From Kiritimatiellia bacterium (lineage in GTDB: Bacteria > Verrucomicrobiota > Kiritimatiellia > JAAZAB01): a stretch of 64,000 nucleotides of DNA. This document shows positions 19,944 to 29,796 of this stretch, piece by piece. The number at the start of each line of letters is the position of its first letter. Positions within the stretch are counted from its first letter, which is position 1. The DNA is taken from contig JAXGPF010000004.1 in assembly GCA_040767085.1 (NCBI GenBank), positions 64,001 through 128,000 on the forward strand, in the 5' to 3' direction. Below the pieces are notes generated by a model. The model was not told where the DNA came from. It saw only the letters and a list, made by a program, of their open reading frames with translations, and did no database searches. A program made the position numbers and the translations under genes.

Positions 19944-20257
19944 GGTTTTAAGGTGTTACGTTTTAAGGTGTTAAGGCCCAGTCAACTTTTCTTGGTGTAT
20001 TATACAAGGTTTTAAGGTGTTACGTTTTAAGGTGTTAAGGCCCAGTCATCTTTCCACTGGTGTATCATACAAGGTTTTAAGGTGTTACGTTTTAAGGTGT
20101 TAAGGCCCAGTCATCTTTCCTTGGTGTATTATACAAGGTTTTAAGGTGTTACGTTTTAAGGTGTTAAGGCCCAGTCATCTTTCCTTGGTGTATTATACAA
20201 GGTTTTAAGGTGTTACGTTTTAAGGTGTTAAGGCCCAGTCATCTTTCCACTGGTGTA
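19942..20257 (+). repeat. Tandem array of five 64-65 bp units
   Basis: Units start at 19942, 20006, 20071, 20135, 20199; invariant core AAGGTTTTAAGGTGTTACGTTTTAAGGTGTTAAGGCCCAGTCA. Confidence 0.97.
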
Positions 20258-20259
20258 AA

Positions 20260-20610
20260 ATGAGTTATCAATCATTTGAAGATTTGGAGGTTTGGAAAAA
20301 TTCATGCCGACTGGCTGTCAATATTTATAAAGAGATGAAAGATTGCAAAGATTATGGATTGAAAGACCAAATGACCCGCGCCGCGGTTTCAATCCCATCA
20401 AATATTGCCGAAGGTGCTGAAAGGAACAGTCGGCAGGATTTTATCCGTTTTTTACATATAGCCAAAAGTTCGGCTGGCGAGCTGCGAACACAGATTTATA
20501 TTGCCGAACAAATTCAAATAATATCAAAGGAAACAGCCGATGATCTGGTGGGCAAATTAAAGAAAATATCCGCCATGCTTCACAACCTAATTAAATCCTT
20601 AACACCCTAA
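20260..20610 (+). CDS. Four-helix bundle protein (23S rRNA IVS protein/Avd-like family)
   Basis: SFEDLEVWK...DQMTRAAVSIPSNIAEG.ER...FLHIAKSSAGELRTQ; AT-rich. Confidence 0.93.
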   Translation: MSYQSFEDLEVWKNSCRLAVNIYKEMKDCKDYGLKDQMTRAAVSIPSNIAEGAERNSRQDFIRFLHIAKSSAGELRTQIYIAEQIQIISKETADDLVGKLKKISAMLHNLIKSLTP

Positions 20611-20696
20611 CACCCTAACACCTTAACACCCTAAAACCCTAACACCTTAACACCCTAACACCCTAAAACCTTAAAACCTTATCCCCCTATCCCCCT
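20597..20696 (+). repeat. Tandem 8-mer array CCYTAAMA x10 plus CCYTATCC-type degenerate copies
   Basis: Direct read: ccttaaca ccctaaca ccctaaca ccttaaca ccctaaaa ccctaaca ccttaaca ccctaaca ccctaaaa ccttaaaa ccttatcc ccctatcc ccct-ATG. Confidence 0.97.
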
Positions 20697-21611
20697 ATGA
20701 CTTCTATTAATGAAATCGTGCGCCAGGCCTGGCGCGAAGGATGGACTGTCCCGGGATTCAACATCCCCTACCTGCCCATGATGCAGCCGGTCGTCAATGC
20801 CCTGCGTGACTGCAACAGCTTCGGCTTGATCATGGTGGCCCGGCTGGAGTGGATGAAATTCCAGGCCGGCAGCATCGAAGCCGTGCGGGATGAGTATGCC
20901 CGCGTCGGCGATCCGCGCCATACCCGGCTGCACCTGGATCACGTGCCGGTGATTGATGAAGACCGCCAGCGGGTGGATTACCTGGCCGACATCCGCCGCG
21001 CCATCAAGGCGGGGTACAACTCGGTCATGGTGGACGGCTCGCGTCTGCCGCTGGCTGGAAATGCCGCCTGCGCCAAAAAAGTGGTCGAACTGGCGCATGC
21101 CGCCGGCGTGGCCGTCGAAGCCGAACTGGGCGCCATCATGGGGCATGAAGCGGGGCCGCTGCCTCCGTACGATGAATTGTTCGAGTCCGGGCAAGGCTTC
21201 ACCGATCCGGATGAAGCCCGCCGCTTCGTGGCAAGCACCGGCGTGGACTGGCTGTCCGTGGCCGTGGGCAGCGTCCATGGCGCCATCAGCGTCGCCACGC
21301 GGGATCGTCCGAAAGTGGCGGCGCGGCTGAACATCCGGCACCTGGCTCAAGTGCGCCAGGCGGCGGACGTGCCGCTGGTGCTGCACGGCGGCACGGGCAT
21401 CCGCAAGGAATACATCATGGATGCCATCCGCAACGGTATCGCCAAGATCAACGTGGCCACAGCCTTGCGCCAGCCTTACGAAAAACACCTGCCGGAATCA
21501 CCGGAGAAGGCCTTGGATGCCGTTTATGCGGCAGCCTGCAAGGTCATCCGCGAAGACCTGGAAATTGCCGGCACCGCGGAACGACTGGTTGCGTCTCCAG
21601 GTGGCCACTGA
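20697..21611 (+). CDS. Class II ketose-bisphosphate aldolase
   Basis: LHLDH, SVMVDGS, VEAELG, VAVGSVHG, LVLHGGTG, KINVAT. Confidence 0.92.
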   Translation: MTSINEIVRQAWREGWTVPGFNIPYLPMMQPVVNALRDCNSFGLIMVARLEWMKFQAGSIEAVRDEYARVGDPRHTRLHLDHVPVIDEDRQRVDYLADIRRAIKAGYNSVMVDGSRLPLAGNAACAKKVVELAHAAGVAVEAELGAIMGHEAGPLPPYDELFESGQGFTDPDEARRFVASTGVDWLSVAVGSVHGAISVATRDRPKVAARLNIRHLAQVRQAADVPLVLHGGTGIRKEYIMDAIRNGIAKINVATALRQPYEKHLPESPEKALDAVYAAACKVIREDLEIAGTAERLVASPGGH

Positions 21612-21866
21612 AATAAAGCAAACGAATATCTCTCACAAAGACACCAAGGCGCAAAGAAGATGAGGATAATTTACCACGGAGCAGGATGAGCGGATGGAGG
21701 GATTAGCTGACCGCTAAGCGTTTACCGGCTGGCGCGGCAATGCTCAACGATCTTATAATTTTGTGTATTTTTGCGGCTTATACTCTCTCTGATCCGGGTA
21801 CTCAAGCGTAGCGGGTGGTCCAAAATTCAAATGAGTTGCGCGCGCCGGCAATGAGGAGAATAATTC

Positions 21867-23381
21867 ATGAATTTATACATGGGATTGGACATTGGCACCA
21901 GCGGCTGCAAGGCGGCGGTATTCGATGCCGAAGGCCGGTTGCAGGCCTTGGCCCGCCGGACCTACGCCCTGCATTTCACCCCTGACGGCGGAGCGGAGTT
22001 GGATGCCGCCGCGGTCATGCAAGCATGCCGGGCGGCCGTCGCCGAAGCGGCGCGCGGCAGGACGGCGAATATCCGGGCCCTGGCCGTATCGAGCCAGGGG
22101 GAAGCTTTTACCCCGCTTGACGCGGATGGGCAGCCGTTGTGTCCGGCCATGGTTTCTTCCGACACCCGCGCGGCTGGCGAGGTGGCGCGGGAACTGCCGG
22201 GCATGGACCAGGCAAGGTTATATGCAATCACCGGCCATACCCCCCACCCCATGTTCACCCTCTACAAAATGCTCTGGCTGCGCGCCAACCGGCCGGGAAT
22301 CTGGCAAAGCGCCGCCAGGTTTCTGTGCTTTGAGGATTTGCTGCACCATCAGCTCGGACTTGATCCCGCCATCAGCTGGCCGCTGGCCGGGCGCACCATG
22401 ATGTTCGATGTCCGGAAGCATGCCTGGAGCGCGCCGATCCTGGATTTGGCCGGATTGACGCCGGAGCAACTCGCCCGGCCCATGCAATCCGGCGCCATCG
22501 TCGGCGCCGTGAATGACAAGCTAGCCGCCGGCTGGGGCTTGCCGCCCGGCGTACTCGTCGCCGCCGGCGGCCATGACCAACCCTGCTCCGCGCTGGGCGC
22601 AGGAGCGACCGAATCCGGCTCGGCCATGTATGCCACCGGCACGGTGGATTGCATTACCCCCGCTTTTGCCAAACCGGTCTTCAGCGCCAGCCTCATGCGC
22701 GCGAATTTATGTACTTACGATCATGCCGCGCCAGGATTATACGCCACGATCGCCGTCAACCTGACTGGCGGCAATGCCCTGCAATGGTTTCATGACGAAT
22801 TCGGCCACCCCGAACGGGCCGCCGCCCGCGCCGGCGGCCGGGACGCCTACGAATTGTTGCTGGAAACCGCGGCGGCATCCTCATCGTCATTGCTGGCGCT
22901 GCCATATCTGGCGCCTGCCGGCACACCGTATTTTGACACGGTAACACCCGGCGCAGTGATGGGATTGCGCCTGACCACCAAGCGCGGCGACATCCTGCGC
23001 GCGCTGCTGGAAGGATTGGCGCTGGAAATGCGCCTGAATCTCGAAATCCTGGCGGAGGCCGGCGTTCCGGTCGAAAACCTGCGCGCCGTCGGCGGCGGCG
23101 CCCGTTCGGACTGGTGGAACCAACTCAAGGCGGATGCGGTCAACCGGCCGGTGATCGTCCCGGATGTGACCGAGGCCGGCTGCCTGGGCGCAGCCATGCT
23201 GGCCTGCGCCGCGCATACCGGCGCCGATACAGCCGCGCTGGCCAAATCCTGGGTGCGCCCCCGCAAGGAGTTCGCGCCGCGCCAGGACGCCGCGGCATTC
23301 TATACCGCCCGCTACGCGGCCTACCGCAACCTTTATCCCGCCCTGCGCGATTTTACCCGCCAGCAGAAGCTTGATCAGTAA
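21867..23381 (+). CDS. FGGY family carbohydrate kinase
   Basis: GLDIGTSGCKA, GGHDQ, GGGARS, EAGCLGAA. Confidence 0.92.
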   Translation: MNLYMGLDIGTSGCKAAVFDAEGRLQALARRTYALHFTPDGGAELDAAAVMQACRAAVAEAARGRTANIRALAVSSQGEAFTPLDADGQPLCPAMVSSDTRAAGEVARELPGMDQARLYAITGHTPHPMFTLYKMLWLRANRPGIWQSAARFLCFEDLLHHQLGLDPAISWPLAGRTMMFDVRKHAWSAPILDLAGLTPEQLARPMQSGAIVGAVNDKLAAGWGLPPGVLVAAGGHDQPCSALGAGATESGSAMYATGTVDCITPAFAKPVFSASLMRANLCTYDHAAPGLYATIAVNLTGGNALQWFHDEFGHPERAAARAGGRDAYELLLETAAASSSSLLALPYLAPAGTPYFDTVTPGAVMGLRLTTKRGDILRALLEGLALEMRLNLEILAEAGVPVENLRAVGGGARSDWWNQLKADAVNRPVIVPDVTEAGCLGAAMLACAAHTGADTAALAKSWVRPRKEFAPRQDAAAFYTARYAAYRNLYPALRDFTRQQKLDQ

Positions 23382-23415
23382 CAGGACGGCAGAATGCCGC
23401 CTCCCCGCCGTTAAA

Positions 23416-24315
23416 ATGAAACATGCTTACACATCCGGACAAGTGTTCTGGCCCGGCCGCGTTGAAAAAACGCCTTTCAATGTTTCCGTCGAACACCCGC
23501 TCTGCGTGATCTCCCACCGGTTCCGGGAACGCATCACCGCGCAGTTCGACATGCACTCCGGCTTGGAACTCGGTGTAATCCTGGCCGGCGCCATGCGCCG
23601 GTATTGGCAGGGCCACGCGATCACCGCAGGCCCGGGCGAAATGTGGGTTTGCGGCATGTGGGAGCCGCACGGCTGGGCGGTAACCCGCGCGCCATGCCAG
23701 GCCGTGGTGCTGATCGTCGATCCCTCGTTCCTGCTGCGCGCCGGCCGGGAAATAGCCGGTAAAATCAACTGGCTGGCGCCGTTCCGCGCCGCGCCGGCTG
23801 ACCGCCCGCGCCTGCCGCGCCGCCGGCGCGCCCAAGCCGCACAATTGGCGCGGGAATTGTTCAACCCGGCATATGCCGGCCGCCCGGTGGACGGTAATGC
23901 GCTGGACCGTGTGAAGCTGCTGGAATTGATGCTGCTGATCCCCCCGGGCTCCGCCCGGCCGGAATATCACGCGGATGAAATGCTCGCCCGCGTTGACCAG
24001 GCGGTCCAATTGATATTTAGCTCCCAGAAATATATCTCAACCCAGGCCGCGGCCCGCCATTGCGCCATGAGCCGCAACGCCTTTGCCGGGCTGTTTCAAC
24101 AGGCGATGGGATTGTCTTTCGCCGAATTCGCCTTGCGCTACAGGGTCAGCGGCGCGGCGCGCGCCATGTTGACGCGCGGCTTATCCGCCAAATGCATCGC
24201 CGCCGAATGGGGCTTCGCCGATCCGAGCCATTTTTACCGGTGTTTCCGGAAGTACCACCATTGCTCCCCCACCGCATGGATGCTGCATCACCATTCTGCA
24301 TCTCATCCGGGTTGA
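23416..24315 (+). CDS. AraC family transcriptional regulator
   Basis: N-terminal cupin (DMHSGLELG) and C-terminal WGFADPSHFYRCFRK. Confidence 0.88.
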   Translation: MKHAYTSGQVFWPGRVEKTPFNVSVEHPLCVISHRFRERITAQFDMHSGLELGVILAGAMRRYWQGHAITAGPGEMWVCGMWEPHGWAVTRAPCQAVVLIVDPSFLLRAGREIAGKINWLAPFRAAPADRPRLPRRRRAQAAQLARELFNPAYAGRPVDGNALDRVKLLELMLLIPPGSARPEYHADEMLARVDQAVQLIFSSQKYISTQAAARHCAMSRNAFAGLFQQAMGLSFAEFALRYRVSGAARAMLTRGLSAKCIAAEWGFADPSHFYRCFRKYHHCSPTAWMLHHHSASHPG

Positions 24316-24540
24316 TGCTGAATAATCCGTTGCCTGATGTCCGATCGGCCCAGCTTGCGGGCCAACCACATCCAGTTGCTACGGGACAAACCGGCACTTC
24401 CCGCCTGCACTTGCACCATGGTTTGAAACTGCAGATGCTAACCTCCTTTTTTCTTGTTTTTTGGGGCAGGTACTGTATTAAGTCACTAACCAGGGCCGGC
24501 TGCCGCCGTCTGAGATCCAACCGAAGCAACAAGGAATCCC

Positions 24541-27500
24541 ATGATCAGGCATGACCAACTGCATCATACCGTCTTTGCAGATGACTTTTCCCGCGCGCTG
24601 GACGATGCCTATCCCGCCGGGTGGGTCTGCGAAAATGACTGCGAACAGCCCTTCCGGCAGGGCGTGGTCAAGGATGGCGCATTCCATATCTGCCCGGCCA
24701 GCCATACCAATAAACACCTGCCGTTGACTCCGCCACTGGCGGATTTCCGCCTGGAATTGTCGGTCGCCGGCAATCCGTTTTTTTCAACCGCCGGACTGGA
24801 CATTTATTTTCGCTATGACCGCGAGACGCGGCGGGGGCTTCTCTTGCGCTATGCCTGGGGCATTTGCGGCGGGCAAACCCATTATGCCCAAAAACCGGTC
24901 CCGGAATATGTCTGCGCCTTGCTCGCATATGACGGTACGCGCCCGGCCGGCAAGCGCAAACTGCTGGCGGAACAGAAAACCGGCGGATTTCTGGCGGACT
25001 TGAACCGGACGCAGGCGCTAATTTTGTCGGTGGAGGAAAACCGCATCGTTTTCCAGCACGACGGGGTGACAGTTTTCGAAAACGCATTGGCTGCCGCTTC
25101 CGCTGCGCCGCCGGCGGGCATGCTGGCATTGAGCCGCGCCGACAAAGCCGGCGACCTGTCCGTCCGGAAAATCGCCATCCAGGCCCATGCCGCGCCGGAC
25201 CGCGCCATCATCCGCCCGGAGACCAAAACGGAATTCCCCGCCGAAATACACGGAATAATCTCTCCTTTTTACTTCCACGTGACGGCCGCACGCGAGCCGG
25301 GACGCGTCAGGCTGCGCCTGAAATTGACGGGCGGCCCGTCCAAAACTCCGGTTTATCCCGACATTGACCGCCAGCGCTTCAACGAAAAAATGATCAATCC
25401 CTACGTCCGTATCGAAGACGGAAATGGGCATGAAGTGGGTAAATATTTGATTTTCCGCGGGACGGTCGGCCTGGATGCGTTCCATTGGAATACCGCCTGC
25501 TCCGTCTGGGAGCACGCGGACGCCGCTTGCCCGTTGGAGCGGGAAGTGTTCCTCGAGGCGCTGCCGGAGCGCGCCGCCATTTTTATCGGCTACGATTATT
25601 ACATGGCGGAAGACTCGATTTGCAACCAGGGCGGGCCCGCCGAGGCGCTGATTGACGGCCAGGGCGGAGTCGTATGGGCCGGGCGCGCCCTGTATCAGGG
25701 CGGCGTGCAAATGGAAGTTCAATCTCCCGCCGAGAAGGAAATTTGCCGGCGGATTCCGCATGATATCCATGATTACCAGGGCGCGCTGACATTCGCCCGC
25801 CGCAATCATTTTTTCATCAAAGGGGAGCCTGTCAAATTCCAGGTCCGCGCGGCCAGCCGCGACGCCACCCTGGAAAAATCCATGCTGCGCGCGGTTGTCC
25901 AGTTAGAAAATGTCTTCGGCGAGCCGGCTGGCAAGCCTTTTAAGGTTCCGTTCCGCCGGAGCGCGCCCATGCCCGGATTCCCCGGGGCGCTGGAATATCT
26001 TACCGCTTGGTTCGACTTCCCGGACCTTGACGTGGGCGTGTATCATGTCCGCGTCCGCCTGGCCGGCGCCGGCGGCAACATGGAAGTGCGCCGGGCCTTC
26101 GAAGTCATGCCGGAAAACCCCGCGGATAAATCCGCGCCGCTGGTTTCAGGACTGCCGGAACTGTATCCGAATATTCTCTCGGGAATCAAGAACGAGCATT
26201 TCCATCCCTGGGGCGGGCTGGTGGCGGATACCGCCCACTACAACAGCGGCGGGAACAACTATTTCAAAGTGGCGCGCGCATGGAACGCGCCGGATTTGCT
26301 GCACGCCTACGGCCGGAAGTTCAATTGCTGGCTCAAATCCTGGTGCAATGTTTTCGAAGAAAAGGGGATTGAACCCAACCGCGATTTGATCGAAAAAAGC
26401 GATGGCGCGCATATAACCCTCTCCCGGTTCCGCGACGGCGATTTGTGGGGCATCCAGCGCTACCGCGATCCGCGCCGGTTTGCGCTGTTGATCGAATTCC
26501 TGCACAGCGGACGATTCCGTCCCGCGCCGGAAGGCCTGCTCAACCCCGATATGCTGGAAAGACGCGGCGCGCCCGAAGGCTTGACTGCCGCCGAGTATGC
26601 CGCACTGACGCAACACCATTGGAAGGAATGGATCCTTTTCGCCAGCGCAAAGACCGCGGAAGAATACCGCCGCCGGCACGACCGGATTAAAGCCATCAAT
26701 CCGGATTGCGAACCGCTGGTCCATGGCGGCGCCATTCCCGCCTATGCCTGCGGATACAAGACGGGGTATTTTTCCCTCAATTCCGCCTACGACCTGCGCG
26801 GCGACATCCCGCGGACGATCCCCGGACCGAACTCGTTCGAGGATTATCCGTTCTCCTCGGGCTATCCCATCGCCCGCGGCATCTGCCACCTGGCGGCCGC
26901 CAAGCTCGAAGCACCTCACCTGCGCCTCCTGCCGGAAGTTTTCGGCATTAACGGCGAAACACGCGATGGCCGCGTGGTGCTGGCCAATCCGCCCTATGGC
27001 CGCTCCGACCCGCCGCCAGGATTTTTTATCAAAATGTTTTACGAATACAGTTTTGCCGCCGTCTGGTTCGATGCGCAAAAATTCCGGTTCTGGAACGACC
27101 ATGGCTATCACGCCAAGACCTGGGATCGCGAAAATTACGAAGAAATGCTGCAGGCCTATGCGTTCATCGCGCGCGTCAAACCCGACCGGCCGCCGCGGAC
27201 GACGGCTTTCTGTTACAGCCGCGCCGCCTGCCTCGCACATCCGGAATACTTCGAGGAGGACGATGATTTTATCTTTCCCGGCGTGGCGCCGGCCAATCCG
27301 GCCGAGGAAGCAACCGCTTATGCCTATGAACAGGCGCGCCTGGCCGGCCAGCAGAACGGCTTTTTCATGCGGCTCGAGGATTGCGCCGGGCTGAAACCCG
27401 GCGACGCGGACCTGCTGGTGATTCCGCCGTTATGCGGCGTTGACGCCGAAACCAAGGCGCATATACGCAATCTGCACCGGCAGGGCGTCGCCATCCTTGG

Positions 27501-28122
27501 TTTCTGGAACGCGGAAGGATTGGAAGACATTTTCGGCGTGGAACCCGCGCCGGCGGTCAAGGCGTCGCGCATCGTTCCCGCCGGCCGCGCCAGGACGGCC
27601 CTGGGCGAGGCGGCGGAGCGGACCGATCACGAGCTATGTCTCATCCGGCACCGGACCACTGCCGCCGAAACGCTGCTGGCCGACGCCTCGGGCGCGCCGG
27701 TGCTGGTTCTGAACGAGACGCCCGGCGGTAAGGCCGCATTTTTCACGCTGCCGCCCATGTTCGTCAAGCGCTCGCGCACGCCCATGGTTTATGGCCAGCG
27801 CAGCAACAGCCGGCTGATGAACCGGGCCGCCGCCTGGATTCAGGAAATCCTGGGCAGCAAGACTGTCGCGACTACCGCGGGAACCTTGATCGCCTTTGAG
27901 GATGCCGGACGCAACCTCCACGCAATCGTTTCCGAAGACCGCTGCCCTCTGCCCGGCCGGCCGATCCGGCCGCTGGTCCGGATCAATCTGCCGGGATTAT
28001 CCGCGCGGCGGATCGCGTCCGACAGGGAATATGAGATTACAGCGATCAGGAAGCAACACGCCCTGCTGCGCTTTACCCTCGCGCCCTACGAATCGGCGCG
28101 GATCAAAATCGTCCCGGAATGA
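24541..28122 (+). CDS. Large hypothetical protein, possibly glycoside-hydrolase-like multidomain
   Basis: 1193-aa ORF with host-like codon usage, AAGGA SD; C-terminal region resembles beta-galactosidase trimerisation-type domain. Confidence 0.6.
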   Translation: MIRHDQLHHTVFADDFSRALDDAYPAGWVCENDCEQPFRQGVVKDGAFHICPASHTNKHLPLTPPLADFRLELSVAGNPFFSTAGLDIYFRYDRETRRGLLLRYAWGICGGQTHYAQKPVPEYVCALLAYDGTRPAGKRKLLAEQKTGGFLADLNRTQALILSVEENRIVFQHDGVTVFENALAAASAAPPAGMLALSRADKAGDLSVRKIAIQAHAAPDRAIIRPETKTEFPAEIHGIISPFYFHVTAAREPGRVRLRLKLTGGPSKTPVYPDIDRQRFNEKMINPYVRIEDGNGHEVGKYLIFRGTVGLDAFHWNTACSVWEHADAACPLEREVFLEALPERAAIFIGYDYYMAEDSICNQGGPAEALIDGQGGVVWAGRALYQGGVQMEVQSPAEKEICRRIPHDIHDYQGALTFARRNHFFIKGEPVKFQVRAASRDATLEKSMLRAVVQLENVFGEPAGKPFKVPFRRSAPMPGFPGALEYLTAWFDFPDLDVGVYHVRVRLAGAGGNMEVRRAFEVMPENPADKSAPLVSGLPELYPNILSGIKNEHFHPWGGLVADTAHYNSGGNNYFKVARAWNAPDLLHAYGRKFNCWLKSWCNVFEEKGIEPNRDLIEKSDGAHITLSRFRDGDLWGIQRYRDPRRFALLIEFLHSGRFRPAPEGLLNPDMLERRGAPEGLTAAEYAALTQHHWKEWILFASAKTAEEYRRRHDRIKAINPDCEPLVHGGAIPAYACGYKTGYFSLNSAYDLRGDIPRTIPGPNSFEDYPFSSGYPIARGICHLAAAKLEAPHLRLLPEVFGINGETRDGRVVLANPPYGRSDPPPGFFIKMFYEYSFAAVWFDAQKFRFWNDHGYHAKTWDRENYEEMLQAYAFIARVKPDRPPRTTAFCYSRAACLAHPEYFEEDDDFIFPGVAPANPAEEATAYAYEQARLAGQQNGFFMRLEDCAGLKPGDADLLVIPPLCGVDAETKAHIRNLHRQGVAILGFWNAEGLEDIFGVEPAPAVKASRIVPAGRARTALGEAAERTDHELCLIRHRTTAAETLLADASGAPVLVLNETPGGKAAFFTLPPMFVKRSRTPMVYGQRSNSRLMNRAAAWIQEILGSKTVATTAGTLIAFEDAGRNLHAIVSEDRCPLPGRPIRPLVRINLPGLSARRIASDREYEITAIRKQHALLRFTLAPYESARIKIVPE

Positions 28123-28178
28123 TATGCAGGACCGGCGAACCGAGCAAACGCAAGGGACAAGGAGTTCCAAGCCAGGGC

Positions 28179-28263
28179 TGGTGGTGGGGGGACGATTCGA
28201 ACGTCCGAAGGCATAGCCAACAGATTTACAGTCTGCCCCGGTTGACCACTTCGGTACCCCACC
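28179..28263 (-). tRNA. tRNA-Tyr (GTA)
   Basis: GGTGGGGTACCGAAGTGGTCAACCGGGGCAGACTGTAAATCTG...long variable arm...GTTCGAATC...CCACCA. Confidence 0.95.
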
Positions 28264-28410
28264 ATGTTCGGCCAAAACCCGCCGAATTCCGGATATGATT
28301 CCAGACCGGGCCGGGCATTGCAAGCAAAAACTTCCCTCGTTTTGAATTTCACTCGCGCGGTGGAACCAACCTGCGCGCATTTTCGCATAAAATATTTTTT
28401 TGTAAATATC

Positions 28411-29796
28411 TGTTCGTAACAAGTCAAGTGTCCGCTTTTTGTAACAAGTGATCTGTCCGATTTGTTATTGTGTGTTGTTGCTCCTGGGGTGAGGATTTTC
28501 CTCCCCCGCGGGGGAGGAAAAAGTTTATGCGACGTCCTCCAGCGACGCCGAAATGTTCAACGGTCCTTGGTAGCGGCCAACCACATGCGGGCCATAACGG
28601 ATGGACACCGTGCCATCGAGGTGCTCGCAGACTTTAACCCGGCACTTGGCGAAGCTGAAACGCCATTTTGATGGTCCAATCTGCAAGCGGCGACTCCCGA
28701 CAGCCACGGTATTGTCATTTTGAACCTCTCGCGCATGCTGCACACAGAAAATGCTGTCCAAATCCTGCTCACCGCAAGGCACGAAACACGTTCCTGTTTC
28801 CCGCGCCTTCACCTTCATGTTGCGATTGAAGGAAGGCAGAAACTGTTGTTGAATATAGACGTTGGCCTCGGCCATCGTCCGGATTCCCGCCTGCCTTAAT
28901 TCCTGCGGCAGGCGCCCTTGCCAGGTCTTAAACATCCGCTCTATTCGCCCACGTCCCTGGGGGCTATAGCTCGGAATATGTTCGATCCCCAACTGTTGCA
29001 ACGCCCGTCCAATTTGCGTCAATTGACGCCGGTCCACCGCCCCGCCTTCTTTGGGCGTATAAAAGAAATGACTGCCACGATCCGTGTACAGACTGCAGAA
29101 AACCCCATGTTTAATAATGACTTCTTTCAACCCCTTCATCACCGTTAATGTCCCTTCCTGGGGCACAAGATAGGCCGTGTAGACTTCGCTGGTGGCATCG
29201 TCCATCACCAGGATCAGATCCTGCTTCTGGCCCGCCAGCAGGGGCAACCAGGCATGGGTGCTGCCATCCACCATCAACATCATCCCCGCCATTGGTCGCC
29301 GTTCCCGCTGCTGCCGATGCGGCCCTCGTTTCCGGGCCTTCGCCACCAACCCGGCCGTCTGCAAGGCGCTCTTGACCCACTGATAACTGAGCTCGATCCC
29401 ATGCTCCGCCTGCAGCTTCTCGTGAAAATGCCTCACATTGAAATCCATGTATTCTTCTCGGTACAACCTCAGCACCTGCTTCACCGTCGCAAGGGGCACG
29501 CGCCGCGGCCCCGGTATCTTCCGCCGACGATCCAGCAGCCCGTCGTAACCATACCGCTCGTAGCGCCCTTTCCAGCGCCGCATGGTCCGGTAGCTCACAC
29601 CTAGTATCTCCGCCGCCTCCCACCACATTAACCGCCCTTCAATCGCACGCAAGATCACTTCCTGTACCTTCATTGCCCGCTCCAGTGCTGCCTTCGGATA
29701 TTCATCCATATAACCCCCCTTTGAATGCACCATCCTGACAGCTTTAAGCGGACAAATCATTTGTTAATTATGCGGCCAAGTCATTTGTTTACGACA
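28411..29796 (-). mobile_element. Insertion sequence, IS1202-like (former ISNCY), with 15-bp target site duplication
   Basis: Ends TGT...ACA with reiterated subterminal AACAA..GTCCG motifs; flanked by TTTTTTGTAAATATC at 28396-28410 and 29797-29811. Confidence 0.88.
28525..29709 (-). CDS. DDE transposase (HTH + rve integrase core)
   Basis: DGSTHAW, MDDATS, YTDRGS, SPQGRGRIER.F.T.QGRL. Confidence 0.92.
   Translation of the reverse strand: MDEYPKAALERAMKVQEVILRAIEGRLMWWEAAEILGVSYRTMRRWKGRYERYGYDGLLDRRRKIPGPRRVPLATVKQVLRLYREEYMDFNVRHFHEKLQAEHGIELSYQWVKSALQTAGLVAKARKRGPHRQQRERRPMAGMMLMVDGSTHAWLPLLAGQKQDLILVMDDATSEVYTAYLVPQEGTLTVMKGLKEVIIKHGVFCSLYTDRGSHFFYTPKEGGAVDRRQLTQIGRALQQLGIEHIPSYSPQGRGRIERMFKTWQGRLPQELRQAGIRTMAEANVYIQQQFLPSFNRNMKVKARETGTCFVPCGEQDLDSIFCVQHAREVQNDNTVAVGSRRLQIGPSKWRFSFAKCRVKVCEHLDGTVSIRYGPHVVGRYQGPLNISASLEDVA

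Noticed and set aside
19942-20257. Possible CRISPR array
   Set aside because: The would-be spacers are near-identical to each other, the repeat is internally periodic rather than palindromic, and no cas genes are in the window.
20260-20610. Diversity-generating retroelement or 23S rRNA IVS
   Set aside because: No reverse transcriptase, TR/VR pair or rRNA sequence nearby.
13475-28263. tRNA-anchored genomic island between tRNA-His and tRNA-Tyr
   Set aside because: No integrase and no duplicated tRNA 3' end found.
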